NCBI RefSeq assembly: GCF_009914755.1
Contig: NC_060934.1
From: the human T2T-CHM13v2.0 reference genome, Homo sapiens
DNA length: 64,000 nucleotides
Direction: 5' to 3' (one strand)
In this document: positions 16,625-29,999 of the stretch, in pieces
Layout of the letters: each line of letters begins with the position of its first letter
Numbering within the stretch: the first letter of the stretch is position 1
Translations under genes and position numbers: made by a program
The notes under the pieces: generated by a model
What the model saw: the letters and a program-made list of their open reading frames with translations, nothing else
What the model was told of the DNA's origin: nothing
The model's database searches: none

Positions 16625-17200
16625 CTCATTAATCATTTTTTCATGCTCTGTTTCATTAAGTTGGTGCCACTGTCCACCTGGTCACAAGCTAGAAATCTGG
16701 GCATCATCCTTGTCCCTCCCCTTTCTTTACACTCACACACTAATTTTTCCACATAAATATTTCTCAAATCTCTTGGCTCACTGCCATCTATTATTGCCAA
16801 AACCTTTATTCAGTGCCTCATTGTTATTTCTTAATTTGTCAACTTCCACACCCTCCTAAGTGGTTTCGTCTTTTTTGCTTCCAAATAGATGATCTACAAA
16901 GCCATCAGAATGATCTACCCTTAACCTAAATCTGCCATGTTTTTGTCATGTTTAAGCATTTCCATGGCTCCTTACCCCCACCCAGATTACAGAAAGTCTA
17001 GGCCTCTTAAAATAGATATAAGATCTACCAAGAGTCTGGCTTTTGCCTTCTCATTTGGCCCCATCGCCCATCATTTTCTGCCACTGCTCCCATATTCTAT
17101 CTATGCCAAATTCTCTTTTTAGTGTTCTTTTTTCCCCTCCGGAAATACTGTATCTTCCATGTCCTCACTCCAAAACCATTCCATATGTCCTGCACTTCTC
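16625..17200 (+). mobile_element. L2 remnant
   Basis: Pyrimidine-rich L2 blocks (cacaagctagaaatctgggcatcatccttg, taaatctgccatg). Approximate limits. Confidence 0.55.
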
Positions 17201-18096
17201 TTGAAAAGTCTCAGTTTACACTGAGTCAAAGGAATGACTGCCAAACCTTGAGGTATTTCCTCTCCATAGGATGTTTATATTTCAATGGAGGATGAAAAAC
17301 CAGTCTCTAGCAGTGGAATTTCTAGCATCAGTGTGCATGTGGAAGAAATACAAAATTACACCATGAAGCATGCAGCCTACACATAAAAACAGTCCTTTGA
17401 AATAATAATTTTGAGTATATTTAGAAAAGAATAAATCTGTATCCTTATGTAAATCCATACACTAAATTAAATTCCAGATGGATCAAAGGTTTGAATATAC
17501 ATATAAATAACTTAAGAGTGTTAGAAGAAAGTATCATTTAAAATAATTTTATGACAGGAAAAGCCTTTCCAAATATCATAAAAAAGAAACTATGAAAGAA
17601 AAGATGGATACATTTGATTCCATAAGAAAACACACATAACATGAATGTGAAACAAAATAAGTGTAAATTTGGTTGAAAGACAATAGTAAACTCGATGTGG
17701 TATACAAGATTTTCTATATGCCATTATTGCTTGCTTGAAGTGGCATGGCCTTTTTGGACAAAAGTGTAGTGCTTGTGCCAAATGAATTAATAAAATGTTC
17801 ATTCAATGAATGATCTCATTTTGGAGCCATTAACATGGTGATATATATTTTCAAAATGGTCATTATCTATTCTTGAAAGGAGAAATAAATAGGCTACATG
17901 CTGATTTTAAAGCAATTCTGTGTAAAATTATATGTTGATCCAACACATTTTAAAAAATTATATGCATATATATATGCATATAATGCATGTGAGTGTTTAT
18001 GCACAGAGAGGTGGAGGACACAGGCTTTAAGGTATGAGGATAGACACTTTTCTCTCTTGCATACACATTTGAATTTGCAGTGCCTGTCAACTAGTA

Positions 18097-18629
18097 CAGG
18101 AGTCCCCAACTCCAGGGCAATGGACCAGTACTGGTGCATGGCCCATTAGGAACCAGACCCCACAGGAGGAGGAGAGTGGCAGGCGAGTGAGCAAAGCTTC
18201 ATCCATATTTACAGCTATTCCCCATTGCTCACATTACCTCCTGAGCTCCACTTCCTGTCAGATCAGCCGTGACATTAGATCATCGTAGGAATCTATTGTG
18301 AACCACACATGCAAGGGATCTAGGTTGTGCACTCCTTATGAGAATCTAATGCCTGATGACCTGTCACTGTTTCCCATCACTCCCAGATGGGACCATCTAG
18401 TTGCAGGAAAACCAGCTCAGGGGTCCCACTGATTCTACATTATGGTGAGTTGTATTATTATGTCATCATATATTACAATGTAATAATAATAGAAATAAAG
18501 TGCCCAATAAATGTAATGTGCTTGAATCATCCTGATAACCATCCCCCAACTCCCGCCCCCACCCCCCGTCCATGGAAAATTTGTCTTCCATGAAACCAGT
18601 CCCTGGTGCAAAAAGGTTGGGGAACACTG
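18097..18629 (+). mobile_element. MER1A hAT-Charlie DNA transposon fossil
   Basis: TIRs caggagtccccaac / gttggggaacactg. About 530 bp. Degenerate 8-bp TSD aactagta / accaagta. Confidence 0.92.
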
Positions 18630-20625
18630 ACCAAGTAAATGTTCAATAAATGTTTGGGAGCAGGAAGGATTCAGCAAAGGAAAGGAAGGGGAATGGAAAG
18701 ATGATTTGCAAAAATGTTTATAGCAGTTGATGAACTTTTGGATTGTTTTCACTTTTAATATTGTGCTTTTCTATGTTTCTTTGATTTTTTTTCTCTCCAA
18801 GGAGCATATATAGTTAGAAAATAGTAACAATGTCATTTTTAACAAATAAAAGCTTCGTAGCTGGTATATATTGGCCAGGTTTGGGGATATGTGAGAGATC
18901 CAAGAGTAGTCTGAGACTGAGGAGAAAGAGCTTTCATATGGCCAACCAGCAAGAATGGGTTTTTGTTGCTATTGTAGTTTTAGTGTTCTCTTGCCATCTA
19001 AATGGTAACCATTTCATCCTTAGGTAAAAACAGAAGATTTTCACCCCAAATATGGCAGATGACGCCAACAATTCCAAAACCAGAAACTTTCCTCTGCTAA
19101 TGGAAGTCCCTTGAGCAAGCTGGCCCCATCTCAGCCTCCCACTAGAGGCTCTTTGTCAGTATTAGCCAGACCCATGGGATTTGCATTGGTACCTAAATTT
19201 GAGTTTTCTCTGCTCTCCCTCCTCTCTTCCTGGCCCCCTCATAACCTTTGCAGTTTTTCCCTCAGTCACTGATTTCCATCTTTTAGATGTCCTAGGCACA
19301 CAATCCAGTTCTAGTTTCTGCAACAGACAAATAGAAAAATGTCTGTCTGCCAGGAGAGGAAATAGGATGCTGAAGTGGTGCCTCCTTTGCCCCACATAAA
19401 GTGCTTCTGTCTGGATCTTCTCCCAGAATCCTTGGGAGAAGAGGCTGCTGCCAATGGGGTATGCTTTTTCAGATGGAGATTGGCAAGTCAGAGATAGTCT
19501 CATTTCCCTCTGTGCTGTGAGAACACTCAGGCCAGATTACAGGAATGCAGCCTCTTTGGGGTTTGCCCTGGAAATGCCTCTAGAACCTGAAGCCAGTGTT
19601 ATCTGCCCAGGGCTGGAGACAGCCAGGCTCCAGTCAGCTCAGTCCAGCAACTCAGCACTTGGCTTGCAAAAGGCTTTCCAATCTGGCCCCTCATGTTGAC
19701 AGAGACCACCTATTTCTTTCTAAGTGAATAGAAACTGAATTCTTTTCTGGGGCACTTTTTTAAGCAGTCGGTCTTGGCCCTAGATAACTGATGCACTTGC
19801 CCTTAATCTGATGTTTTTATATATATTCGTGTGTGTGTGTGTTTTAGGAAATCAGCATGGTTTCTAATTCTTCTAACCACACACTGGATAAACTCACTTT
19901 ACACCCACTTTGAAGAATTATAGCGCAGGGATTTCCCAAGCGGCAAACCAGAAAAATCTGATTTAAATGCACATTTGATCATGCTACTAGTGTGGTGGAA
20001 ATAAAGACCACAAATTTAACCTTCTAAGTTGAGTCTCTCCCATCCTCAAACACGTAGACGAAATGAAAAAGACTCACAAATAGCAGTGACTCTATATCCT
20101 GTCTGCTTGATGTTTGGAGTTCCATTTGTAGTTCCATTTGCTCTATTGTGCAACTGGCATAGTAGTTTAAGCAAATAATCAGGGTTATCCATGCCACAGC
20201 TGTTACTTTTTGTTGTTAGTGGTCTACTTCTAAGAACAGCCGCTGCTTTTTCTTAAGTAAAAGGTGTTTGCTTTGCGTGTGTGTGTGTATGTGTTTTTTT
20301 TTTATGTTTGTTTGGGCATGGAATTTTTGGACAGGGGTTTACTATGACATATGGGAACTTCGGGAAGAGCCTCTCTTTCCATCCAGGGTAGGGGACTGTG
20401 GGCATTTCTGGAAGAAGAGGGGTCAATGGGGACCTCATCATTAGTCAGTGCACCAGAGTGTCAGTGCCAAAAACCTGATTCAAAGTAGCTCAAGCCATTA
20501 GAAGGCTAATGGAGAGGAGGGGACACACGATAAAAGAAATCACTGAAGAATCAGTTTTAGGACGGGGAAAGCAGAGCAGCCTTGGAGACCTGGTCTAGAA
20601 GGAAGGCGTTGAAAGCTGTCACAAT

Positions 20626-20630
<5 letters not shown>

Positions 20631-20673
<43 letters not shown>
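20631..20673. repeat. (CT)n microsatellite
   Basis: 18 perfect CT units followed by a degenerate tail. Confidence 0.97.
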
Positions 20674-22191
20674 ATAGTCTACCCAGGGCCGACTCCAAAA
20701 GTCCTTTGCATCTCTCCTTCAGGAGACTGCTTTGTGGGATGTTCCTTACAAGCACGTTTATGATCTGGATCTATCTTTATAATTTCACACCTCACTCTGC
20801 AGTTCTGAATGCATTTCAGTTCCTCAGTTAAGCCGTTTGTTTCCTTCTGCACTCCCCTGTCTCATGAACTTAGCAAACTACTTAATTTTCAAGATTCCAT
20901 TCCAATGGTAACTCCTTGGAGAGACGTTCTCGCAACACCATCCTTCTCCAGGCAATTTCTCCTTCCTGTGCCTCGCCATAACTTCTTGTTCAGTTATTAC
21001 TATTACCAATAGTAATTAGTATTTAGTTATTACTAAACTATTACTGTACTTCTTATCACTGAGTTATAATTAACATGGCCATAATCATTTGTTTAATGTG
21101 TTTTACTGTCTCTGCTCCTCCAGACTGGTGGGTATATTGGGCTCTCTTCATCTTTGTACTCAGAGCCCATCATAGCCCCTGGCACCCCATAGATGTTTGT
21201 AGAGTGAAGTGAATAAATTAATGGGAGAGAAAGGAAAACCATTTAAATCTGATTAGGTTTACATGCACTTTAGAAGAGTTTACAGAGCATTCTATAATTC
21301 CAAAGCCTACATCTTCAAAACAGTTTGTATTGGAACCATGTTTGTGAATCAGAGAGTAGTTCTTGCACAGCAAGCCTCAACATGGTATTTAAATTAGTTA
21401 AGATACACCTAGCAGCTGATATGCTGTGGGAGGGTAGGAGGAGGTGCTTAGAACAGCTAAGAGATCTATGTGAGGATAAGAAAATCTCAGCATTTCAAAA
21501 AGAGGAAAAGGTGTGTTTTGCATCTTCCAGGGAAGTTCTGATTTTAAACATTTGGTCTCATTGTCTTCTTAAGCATACTTAAGCTTCTGTTAGATTGTTG
21601 TTGTGATACCTGGGCAAGAGAAATACGGTATCATTAGGTAAAATTAATCTGTTGATTTGCTAATTGAAAAGAGAGTCAGGAAAAGGAAGGTACAAAGAGA
21701 CTGAATAGAATGATAAGAATTTATCCTAATTGGAACTTTCAACCTAGTAGAATAGTCTGACAGTACAAGTCAGAGAGAAGCCAATATATGAAAAATTTAA
21801 ATGAAACATACAATGTTATCACTTAAGGATAAAATGTTAAAATATCACATTGTATTTGGGTACCTGATATCTTTTAAAAATGTTCATTTACACGAGGAAA
21901 AGCCTACAGTTTTCCTTTCAGTCTTTTTGTCAGACTTAAGAGAAACATGGTTCTGAAATCAAATAATTCTCATGTGTTGATAATGATTTTTAATTTTAGG
22001 GAAAAATAAAACTTAAGACAGTGGTTCCCAATTCTAGATGATCTTCTGAATCTACTGCAGAGATACTCTACTGTCCTCCTACCTCCTATTCTCTTGCTAG
22101 ATTCTAGTTCTAAATAGCTCTGAGGTAGAACCTATGTGAAAGGTTTTTAAGACGAAAAAAAGTTAACATTTAGAAGACTGAGCTTGTAAAC

Positions 22192-22378
22192 TAGTGTTTC
22201 TCAGGATATGGACTTGTTCTAACCCAATCAAAGTCACCTGGGTGCTTAAGAAAAAGCTAATTCTCAGGCTGTGGTGAGGGCCTATTGAATTAGAGCCTCT
22301 AGATGGAAAAGTCAAGAATCTGTACTTTACATATGTTCCCCAGATGATTCTCATGCACATCAGTATTTGAGATCCGCA
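22192..22378. mobile_element. MER5-family hAT MITE
   Basis: tagtgtttctca...ccccagatgattctcatgcacatcagtatttgagatcc. Confidence 0.7.
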
Positions 22379-24096
22379 AGTAATTGGTTTCTAATTTAAA
22401 ATAAATAAATATTGATGACTATAAGCATCTACCTTATAATATACATAATAATATCTTGATTAAGTAGGATGCTCAGAAAATTGGGAATTCTAGTTAGTTT
22501 AATTTTGTGTCAAATTAATTCTGAACTGAACTAGGAGAGCTGTCATCTTTTGGAACCTAATCATAAATTCTGACATTTCTAGGAAGCTGATGTTATAAAC
22601 TCACCATGGTTCCATTTGTGCACAGGACCCATGAGCCTCTAGGGAAGTACTACCCTCAGAGAAGAGAATATGAAGAGTCCCCATTTGGCCCAAAGGTAAT
22701 GGGCTGATGCCAGAAGGGAGGCCAGCCAAGGAGAGGGAGGTAGTAAAAATAAGAAGTTTATCCACCAGAAATGAAATTAGTAACATTTTCAGAATACCCA
22801 GGCTCCTGCTTTATATCACAGACCAAGCATGAAGGGGGTGATGGGTAATTTCCAATGTTGAAGTGGCTGGTGAAGTGCACACTATAACACAAAGAGAATG
22901 GTGGCTTCTACCCACAGACTTCACTGAGATGAAGTGGGAGGGGAACCACATATATGCACAGGAAGAAGGCCAGAAGAAAGTCCACTGTGGCTAGAGCATG
23001 AGGGGAAGAACATAGTGAGCTATGTGTGACACTGAAAAGATACTTTTTTCCTAGTACATGAGATGCAAATGCTGTGGACTTCCTGAAATCACTTGATTTT
23101 TGGAGTGGGTGGTTTTCTTGTAAATTACAGATGTGCATGCAACTGAAGAAATACTTCTTTCCTACTGCTTTCATGGTATTCATAATGCTTACGGAAACAG
23201 GGATTGTATATGTTTCCCTTATTAGAAATTGTTCTAAAATGCCATGTTCCTATCATAATAACTGGAGTAGAGAAAGTTAACATGCAGTGATAAGAATGAG
23301 CACAAGACTGTATGTCAGAAGCCCAGTATTCTAATACTGGGGCTCATTTCCTGCTGTTTGACTTTGAGTAAGTGTTAGTTCTTTTTGCCATCTACCTCCT
23401 AGGGTTCTGCAATGCTTAAGTTAAATAATAAATGGGAGAGTACTATACAAATGTAAGTTGGGATGATTGTAATTGAATTTACTCTTGATGGAGGAGTCTT
23501 GGTGATTCCCTAGAGCAGTTGTTCTAGGGGTTGTACCTAAAAGCCTGTGTAACTTTAAAAAACATAATGTATATCTGGGCCCTGACCCTGGATATTCTGA
23601 TATGGGGAGGGAAGGCACCTACAACTGTATTTAAAATTCTTCTGATAATTCTTAGATAACACTAGAGATTGAGGGTTTTAGTGTAGAGATTGGTGGTGAG
23701 TGCACAGACCCCTGGCAACCCGAGTCTTGGCTCTGTTCTCAGCAAATATTTTTTAGCTGTGGGAGGAAGCTCAGCAGGATCTCGAAAATGTCGCTAAATT
23801 CTTCATTCTTCATTTTCTCCACTTGTCAAAGGCAGAGATGGGCTAACCAGTGAACATCTACCTTTTTAAATCCATGGACTTTACCCAATGTGAATTTTAC
23901 TTAGAAGCTTTAACATGTAAAGCAGAAAAAAGCAGCGCTGTTTTAATTACTGCTCAGCAGTTCTCCTATGGGACTTCAAAAACCATAGGCCTGGATGGTT
24001 GATAACATCCCTTCTGGCACTAGCATCTTATTCGAGGCACAGAAAACTTACACGAATTTGTATTGGCCCTATTTGGGAGGACAGAAGGCCCATGGT

Positions 24097-24098
<2 letters not shown>

Positions 24099-24136
<38 letters not shown>
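24099..24136. repeat. (AC)19 microsatellite
   Basis: Perfect dinucleotide run. Confidence 0.98.
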
Positions 24137-24138
<2 letters not shown>

Positions 24139-24581
24139 ACGACTGTGAATTAGGTGAGTAAGCAGGCACAGCTGGCCCTTTACCTGTTTGCTCTATTATC
24201 TTTCTCTCTGCCCTTCTTCTGCCCTGCTCTCTTTTCCAGATGCCTTTGCCAACTGGCTTCTAGCCATATTTGGCCAAAAGCATACAGTGGCAGGAGATTG
24301 AAGGATAGGAGAAAATGTAAACTAGAGTATTTCAACTTCTCTTTCTCTGCATTGGTTGATGTCATGTGCTTTTACCCATTTCCTGCTACGGGTTTTCTCA
24401 GGGAAAATTGTTTTCTACCAACTTGGGAGATTTCAGCCTCCAAATATCCCTTGACTGCCTGATTTATCGTCCCTTTTCACTTTGACTTTCCAATGGAAGA
24501 GTCAGATGATACATAGATTGACTTGCGTCATCATTTTAAAGAAATTCCATGGTAAGGGAAGTGAGAGTAACCCAAGAAAAA

Positions 24582-25125
24582 AAAATCCACTCCTAGTATA
24601 TACCCAAGAGGAATGGAAGCATATCCATGGAGACTTGCACACCACTGTTTTTAGCAGCATTATTCATAACAGTCAAAACTTGGAAACAACCTAAAGAACC
24701 ACCAGCTGGTAAATGGATGGACAAAATGTGTATATCCATACAGTGGAATGATATTTAACAACAAAAAGGAACAAACTACTGACACATCCTACAGCATTGG
24801 TAAAATTCAAAAACACGCTAGGCAAAAGATGCTAGACACAAGAAACCTCTTGTTGTTTGATTCAATTATATAAAATGTCCAAAAAAGGCAAATCTATAGA
24901 GAGAGAAAGTAGATTAGTTGTTGCCTGGTGTGGAGTAGGGGTGGGAATTAACCCATAAAATGGACATGAGGCGTCCTATTGGGGTGATGGAAATGTTCTA
25001 AAACTAAGTTGTGGTGATGGTTGCCCCCACTTCAAAAATGTACTAAGAAATCATTGAATTGTACACTTGATGTGAGTGAATTATATGGTAAGTAAAATAT
25101 ACCTCAATGAAGTCATCTTTTAAAA
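24582..25125 (+). mobile_element. L1MB-like 3' end
   Basis: aatccactcctagtatatacccaagag...ggcaaatctatagagagagaaagtagattag...gaattgtacactt. Confidence 0.85.
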
Positions 25126-25315
25126 GGAGAAAGATAATAGGCAATAGCACTGTTATTAATCTAGGCCTTTTTAGATGCCAATTAGTTATTATGTCACTTT
25201 CAGCTACATTATTCACATATCTATGTCATTTTCATGGACTTTTGTCATAAAATAATGTTGAAGAGTGTCTCAGAAGTCTAAAGAGAATATCATCACTCTG
25301 GTACTCCTATGTCCC

Positions 25316-25959
25316 TGTCGGGACTCAGAAAACAATACCAAAAAAAAAAAAAAGGCCTCAGAAGCAGTCTAAATTTCTCTCTGACCTTCTCCTGTCCTCC
25401 AGCCTCTCATTCTCATTCTTCCATGAGGCTAGATATAGAAACTAGAATCCCTGTTCCCCAAGGTATGTTATGGAAATTGCAACCCCTTTTCCCCAAAGCC
25501 AACCATAAAACCTAAACATATCACTCTAACTTTTCCTCCACCTTTCTGTATGAAAACTGGCCATAAACAAATTATCTGATCTACCTTCTTTGACTGTAGG
25601 TCATATGACCCCTATTCCAGATGAGGATTTGCCACACACCCAGAAGGAAGGAATGCTGCTCAGAGAGAACGAGAAGAATCTAGACAGACAGGCCTTGCTG
25701 TGTCTCCCCACTCAGTCTATTAGCATTAGATCATACCCTTTTTGTTCCACCATATTTCTACATGGCTGTACTTACTTTGGTGAACCTTAAGCATAAAAAT
25801 GGACAATTTCCCTTGTATATTTGGGTGTTTATTCTGAAGTCTACCATGTACACATTAGAAAAAGTTGTATGCCTTTTCTCCAATTAATCTACCTTTCATG
25901 AGTTGATTTTTCAGTGAACCTTCAGAAGGGGAAGAAAAACTTGCCCATTAGCCCCAACA
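25316..25959 (+). mobile_element. MER39-like ERV1 solo LTR
   Basis: Begins tgtcgggactcagaaaacaatacc and ends gatttttcagtgaaccttcagaagggg...gccccaaca (TG...CA termini). Confidence 0.8.
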
Positions 25960-26126
25960 CACCCATTTAGTTCCATCAAAAGAGATAATATGATCTAATG
26001 TAGTTCAGGCTCTCAGACATATGTACTGATTAAAAATAGAAAATGATCAATGTGTTTGGAGGTTAGGACTTTAAATCCTCCAACCCCTAAATCATCCAGA
26101 AACTGGTGGTCTAATAGTGATTCTCA

Positions 26127-26225
26127 TCAGAGGTTTGAAGAAATAATAACTGGTACTGGATAGCCTGCACTCAGAGGCTTGAAGAAATAATAACTGGTAC
26201 TGGATAGCCTGCACTCAGAGGCTTG
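26127..26225. repeat. 44-bp tandem duplication
   Basis: ttgaagaaataataactggtactggatagcctgcactcagaggc occurs twice, identically, at 26135-26178 and 26179-26222. Confidence 0.97.
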
Positions 26226-27768
26226 GAAGAGAATGCTTGCCTTTGTTTTCAGCACTCAGTAGCTGGGAGATAGGTGATAAACAAATGCTTTTAAAAGTAA
26301 TTTCTGCCCAAATTGTAATAGCTTTAATTCCCATGATCTGAAGAAAAAGAAGCCCTCTTTATCTTGCCGTATTATGGCAATAAGGTGCTTTCTGTGAAAG
26401 GCTGCTGCTCATAACAACGCTCAGTGACTCACATAATAATTGATTCTTCCCACACTGAGTTTGTCATTACCTCCAGATTAAAGTCCCCTTTTCTGATTTT
26501 AGTGTTCACACATCTGCCATCAACAGTCCATTGAGTATTGGACTCTGCTCTTAGAAATGACTGAGCTGGATATTTTGTTTCTTAGTTTTATTATTCTTTC
26601 ATGCTTTCTGTCTGGGAGGGAAAAAATAGTCCTTCACCTCCCTACACCCCAACCTGTACCTCAGCATGGCTGGAAAATGAGCGATTACTCCTCACTCAGC
26701 CATAGCTCTGTCATTAATTGAAGTACCTAAGGAAATTACTGGACTGTAGGTTTTTCATCTCCAAAACTGAGACTTCTTATTGTGCCTGTCTCCTTCACAG
26801 CATGGTCGTGAAGAGGAAATGTAATAGATACAAACATCTTTTTAAAATATTTCCTGGAGGAGAGATTCTGGGACATTTTGATTCTGGGCTGAAATCAAGC
26901 TGAGTTTCAGACACTTTGGGAGATACTGGAGGAAAGCAGACTAGACTTAACTGAAATTTTTCAAAGCTGCATTACTTTCAGGCTCTTGAAGCTCTCTGCT
27001 TGGTGCTCCTCCCTCTGGATTCTTTGCAGCTGATTGGAGTACAGGAAGGACAGCTGTAGGTCCTTTGGTAATTGAATCTTAAGGGGATTGACAATAGATG
27101 CCACTACATCCCCCTCCAGCCACACATTACTCCCACTAGCAAGATACCCATCCACAGTCCAAATCCTGTCCTCTGCACTCTTCTCCACTGCCTCTCCTCT
27201 TCCCTGCCACATCTAATATTCTTTTCATCTTTCCTTAATAGACGCCTAAATACCTGACGTGTGACAGCAAATGCCTGTTCCCATGGAGCTGCTGCTTCTG
27301 AGAAAGCTTGAAACAGACAAAGAATAAGGTAGAAATGACCTCCTCACTAGAGATGAAAAGAAGCTGTCCTGGTGAGGAAATTGGATCCCAGCTTTTGCCG
27401 CTAAGATTCTTCTCTTCTGCCTCTGGTTTTCTTTATTGTTCACCCCCAGAAGCAATCGCTCTCTCACAAGGCAACACACGCAATAGAGTGAACAGTGATT
27501 CTACAGTCTGATTCTGGAAAAGGCGACCACAGTGGAAAGAGTGATCCACACAAGTATAGGGCCTCCTGATTAAAACACTAAGATTTCATCTCACGCTGTG
27601 CCTTTATACTGTTGAGATACTAAAGAGGACACTAAAGATCAAAGTGCTACTTTACAACATTTTGAAGAAAACAACTGCTACCTGTGTATTAGTTTGTGCA
27701 GATGTGTTACACAGCTTAGCTGTGTCTGTACCAGTTTATTAGAATCAAAGTATTTTTAAAGTACCTAA

Positions 27769-28078
27769 GGCCAGGCACAGTGGCTCACACCTGTAATCCC
27801 AGCACTTTGGGAGGCTGAGGCAAGTGGATCACTTGAGATCAGGAATTCAAGACCAGCCTGGCCAACATGGTGAAACCCCATCTCTACTAAAAATACAAAA
27901 ATTAGCCAGGCATGGTGTCACATGCCTGTAATCCCAGTGACTCAAGAGGCTGAGGTATGAGAATCAATCGTTTGAACTCAGAAGGAGAGGTTGCAGTGAG
28001 TGGAGATAGCAACACTGTACTCCAGCCTGGGTGACAGAGTGAGATCCAGTCTCAAAAAAAAAAAAAAAAAAAAAAAAA
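27769..28078 (+). mobile_element. AluS (Sz/Sx-like) SINE
   Basis: Full-length Alu with a pure A tail. TSD aaagtacctaa at 27758-27768 and 28076-28086. Confidence 0.95.
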
Positions 28079-28092
28079 GTACCTAAAACTTG

Positions 28093-28411
28093 TGATATGG
28101 TTTGGCCTTGTCCCCACCCAAATCTCATATTGAATTGAATTATGGGGAGAGGTCTTTCCTGCGCTGTTCTTATGATAGTGAATGAGTTTCATGAGATCTG
28201 ATGGTTTTAAAAATGGGAGTTTCCCTGCACAAGCTCTCTTTTGTTGCCTGCTGCCATCCACGTAAGATGTGACTTGCTCCTCTTTACCTTCCACCATGAT
28301 TTTGAGGCCTCCCCAGTCCTGTGGAACTGTAAGTTCAATAAACCTCTTTCTTTTGTAAATTGTCCAGTCTCGGGTATGTCTTTATCAGCAGCATGAAAAC
28401 AGAGTAATACA
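28093..28411 (+). mobile_element. THE1A/B-like solo LTR with internal deletion
   Basis: tgatatggtttggc...gagtaataca. It lacks the segment between two ttgaat words that is present in the other THE1 copies. Confidence 0.9.
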
Positions 28412-29999
28412 GCATGTGAGATACAATGCTGAGCACTGAAGAAACAAGGATGGCACAGCCCCTGACTTCCAGAAGCTCACACTTTAGAAAAGCAAGTGTA
28501 TTAATAACTACTTATGTATAACATTTGTGTTATTTAGAAAATGCAATAAGGGCACAGATGAAGAGCAAAGTACAGTGGTAAAGAAGAGAGAGTTTGTGAG
28601 AAAGGTACAGGAGAAAAGACATTTATGCTGGGCTTCAAAGGATGAGCTGACATTTCAATTCCCATCCTTAGACAAAGCTAGGAAAGGCATTTCAGCAGAA
28701 GCAAACTGAATAAAGCCCTCGAGACCTGGAAGTGCATGTCATGCCCAAGAACCATGTAAACCTGAAAGCTTTGAGAGCTAGATAATATTTCACCAACTGT
28801 GGTCATCAGAATCACCAATATTTGGGGTGTTTGTTTAATTTTTTAGCTTCCTAAACCCTAGCACAAGCCCAATGAAGGTGGGAAGAGGAATCTGTATTTT
28901 AGAAGCAACCCTTTCCCCTCCAAATTCTTCATAGAGTGATTGTGATGAATAAAGGTTGAGGACCATCTGGTTTAGGCTGTTCTAGGCAGGGTGGAGATGT
29001 AGGGAAGGACACACAATAACCCTGTTACTCGGTTGTGCTGTGGTTATGTGCCTATACACTATCAGACAGACTGGTCAATTTTGTTCCAAATATGTTCAGT
29101 GTTAAACAGAACCCAGTATTGTAAACTGTAATTACAAATTATAAAACTTCTGTAAACAGAAGCCTACTTCTCATACACTGAAAGAACCAAAAGGCAAGAT
29201 GCAACTGAGACCGTTTAAAAATGGTGAAATGTTTTCCAGACTCCAGCTACAAGGAGAATCCTCTTTGTAATGCTGAGTATCATGATTAAAATCTCCCACT
29301 GCTCAGCAGCACAAAACTGTCTCAAGGAGTCTCCAAAGAGAGTCATCTCAGAGTATCTCACAGCAGTCCTTCCATCCTCAAGCTTGGTTGTATCTCTACA
29401 CAGGCCTACATGAAAGCAGAGACACTGCAAACAAGACAGGGCAGAGAGCAAGCCGGGAAGTTGGTGAACTTGGAATTTGATGAGCTCCTTGTCTGAAACA
29501 TGAAGCTCAGACCAGAAGAACTGGATGCTCTAGAGAGAGATGGACCTCTCCTCAATGGGAATATCAACATCAGTACAAATTGATGATTCCAGTTAAGAAA
29601 CAGACAACAGTAGTCAGAGCAGCACATAAAGCCAGAAGGAGGCAAAATATTGGTAGCCACTCAGAGCTATGCGCTTTCCCAACCTGTCCTCAGAGTGAAC
29701 TGTTGCTAATTTCAGAGCCAAGTAGTAGTCCTACTACCAACCATCCCAATAATTTCACATACCAACATCCACAATTAAGTTACTGGTTTATAAACCATAA
29801 ACCACAATTTATCTAGGGTGTTGACTTAATGTTTTTCAGCAAAGTTTTTTCCCTATCTAAGGTAACATTTCTCATATAATGGTCAAGGGACCCCTACCTT
29901 GAGATTGTTAAAATGAAGAGACTTGGGTACCTTTCACAACTCTCTGAGGTTAGGGCCCAGGAATCTGCATTTTCACACACTCCCTCAGAGCATTCTCTC

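Noticed and set aside
19928-19937. Perfect NF-kB site GGGATTTCCC
   Set aside because: A single 10-mer without supporting context is insufficient to call a regulatory element.
26127-26225. CRISPR-like or functional repeat array
   Set aside because: Only two adjacent units with no unique spacers, in a primate context. It is a simple tandem duplication.
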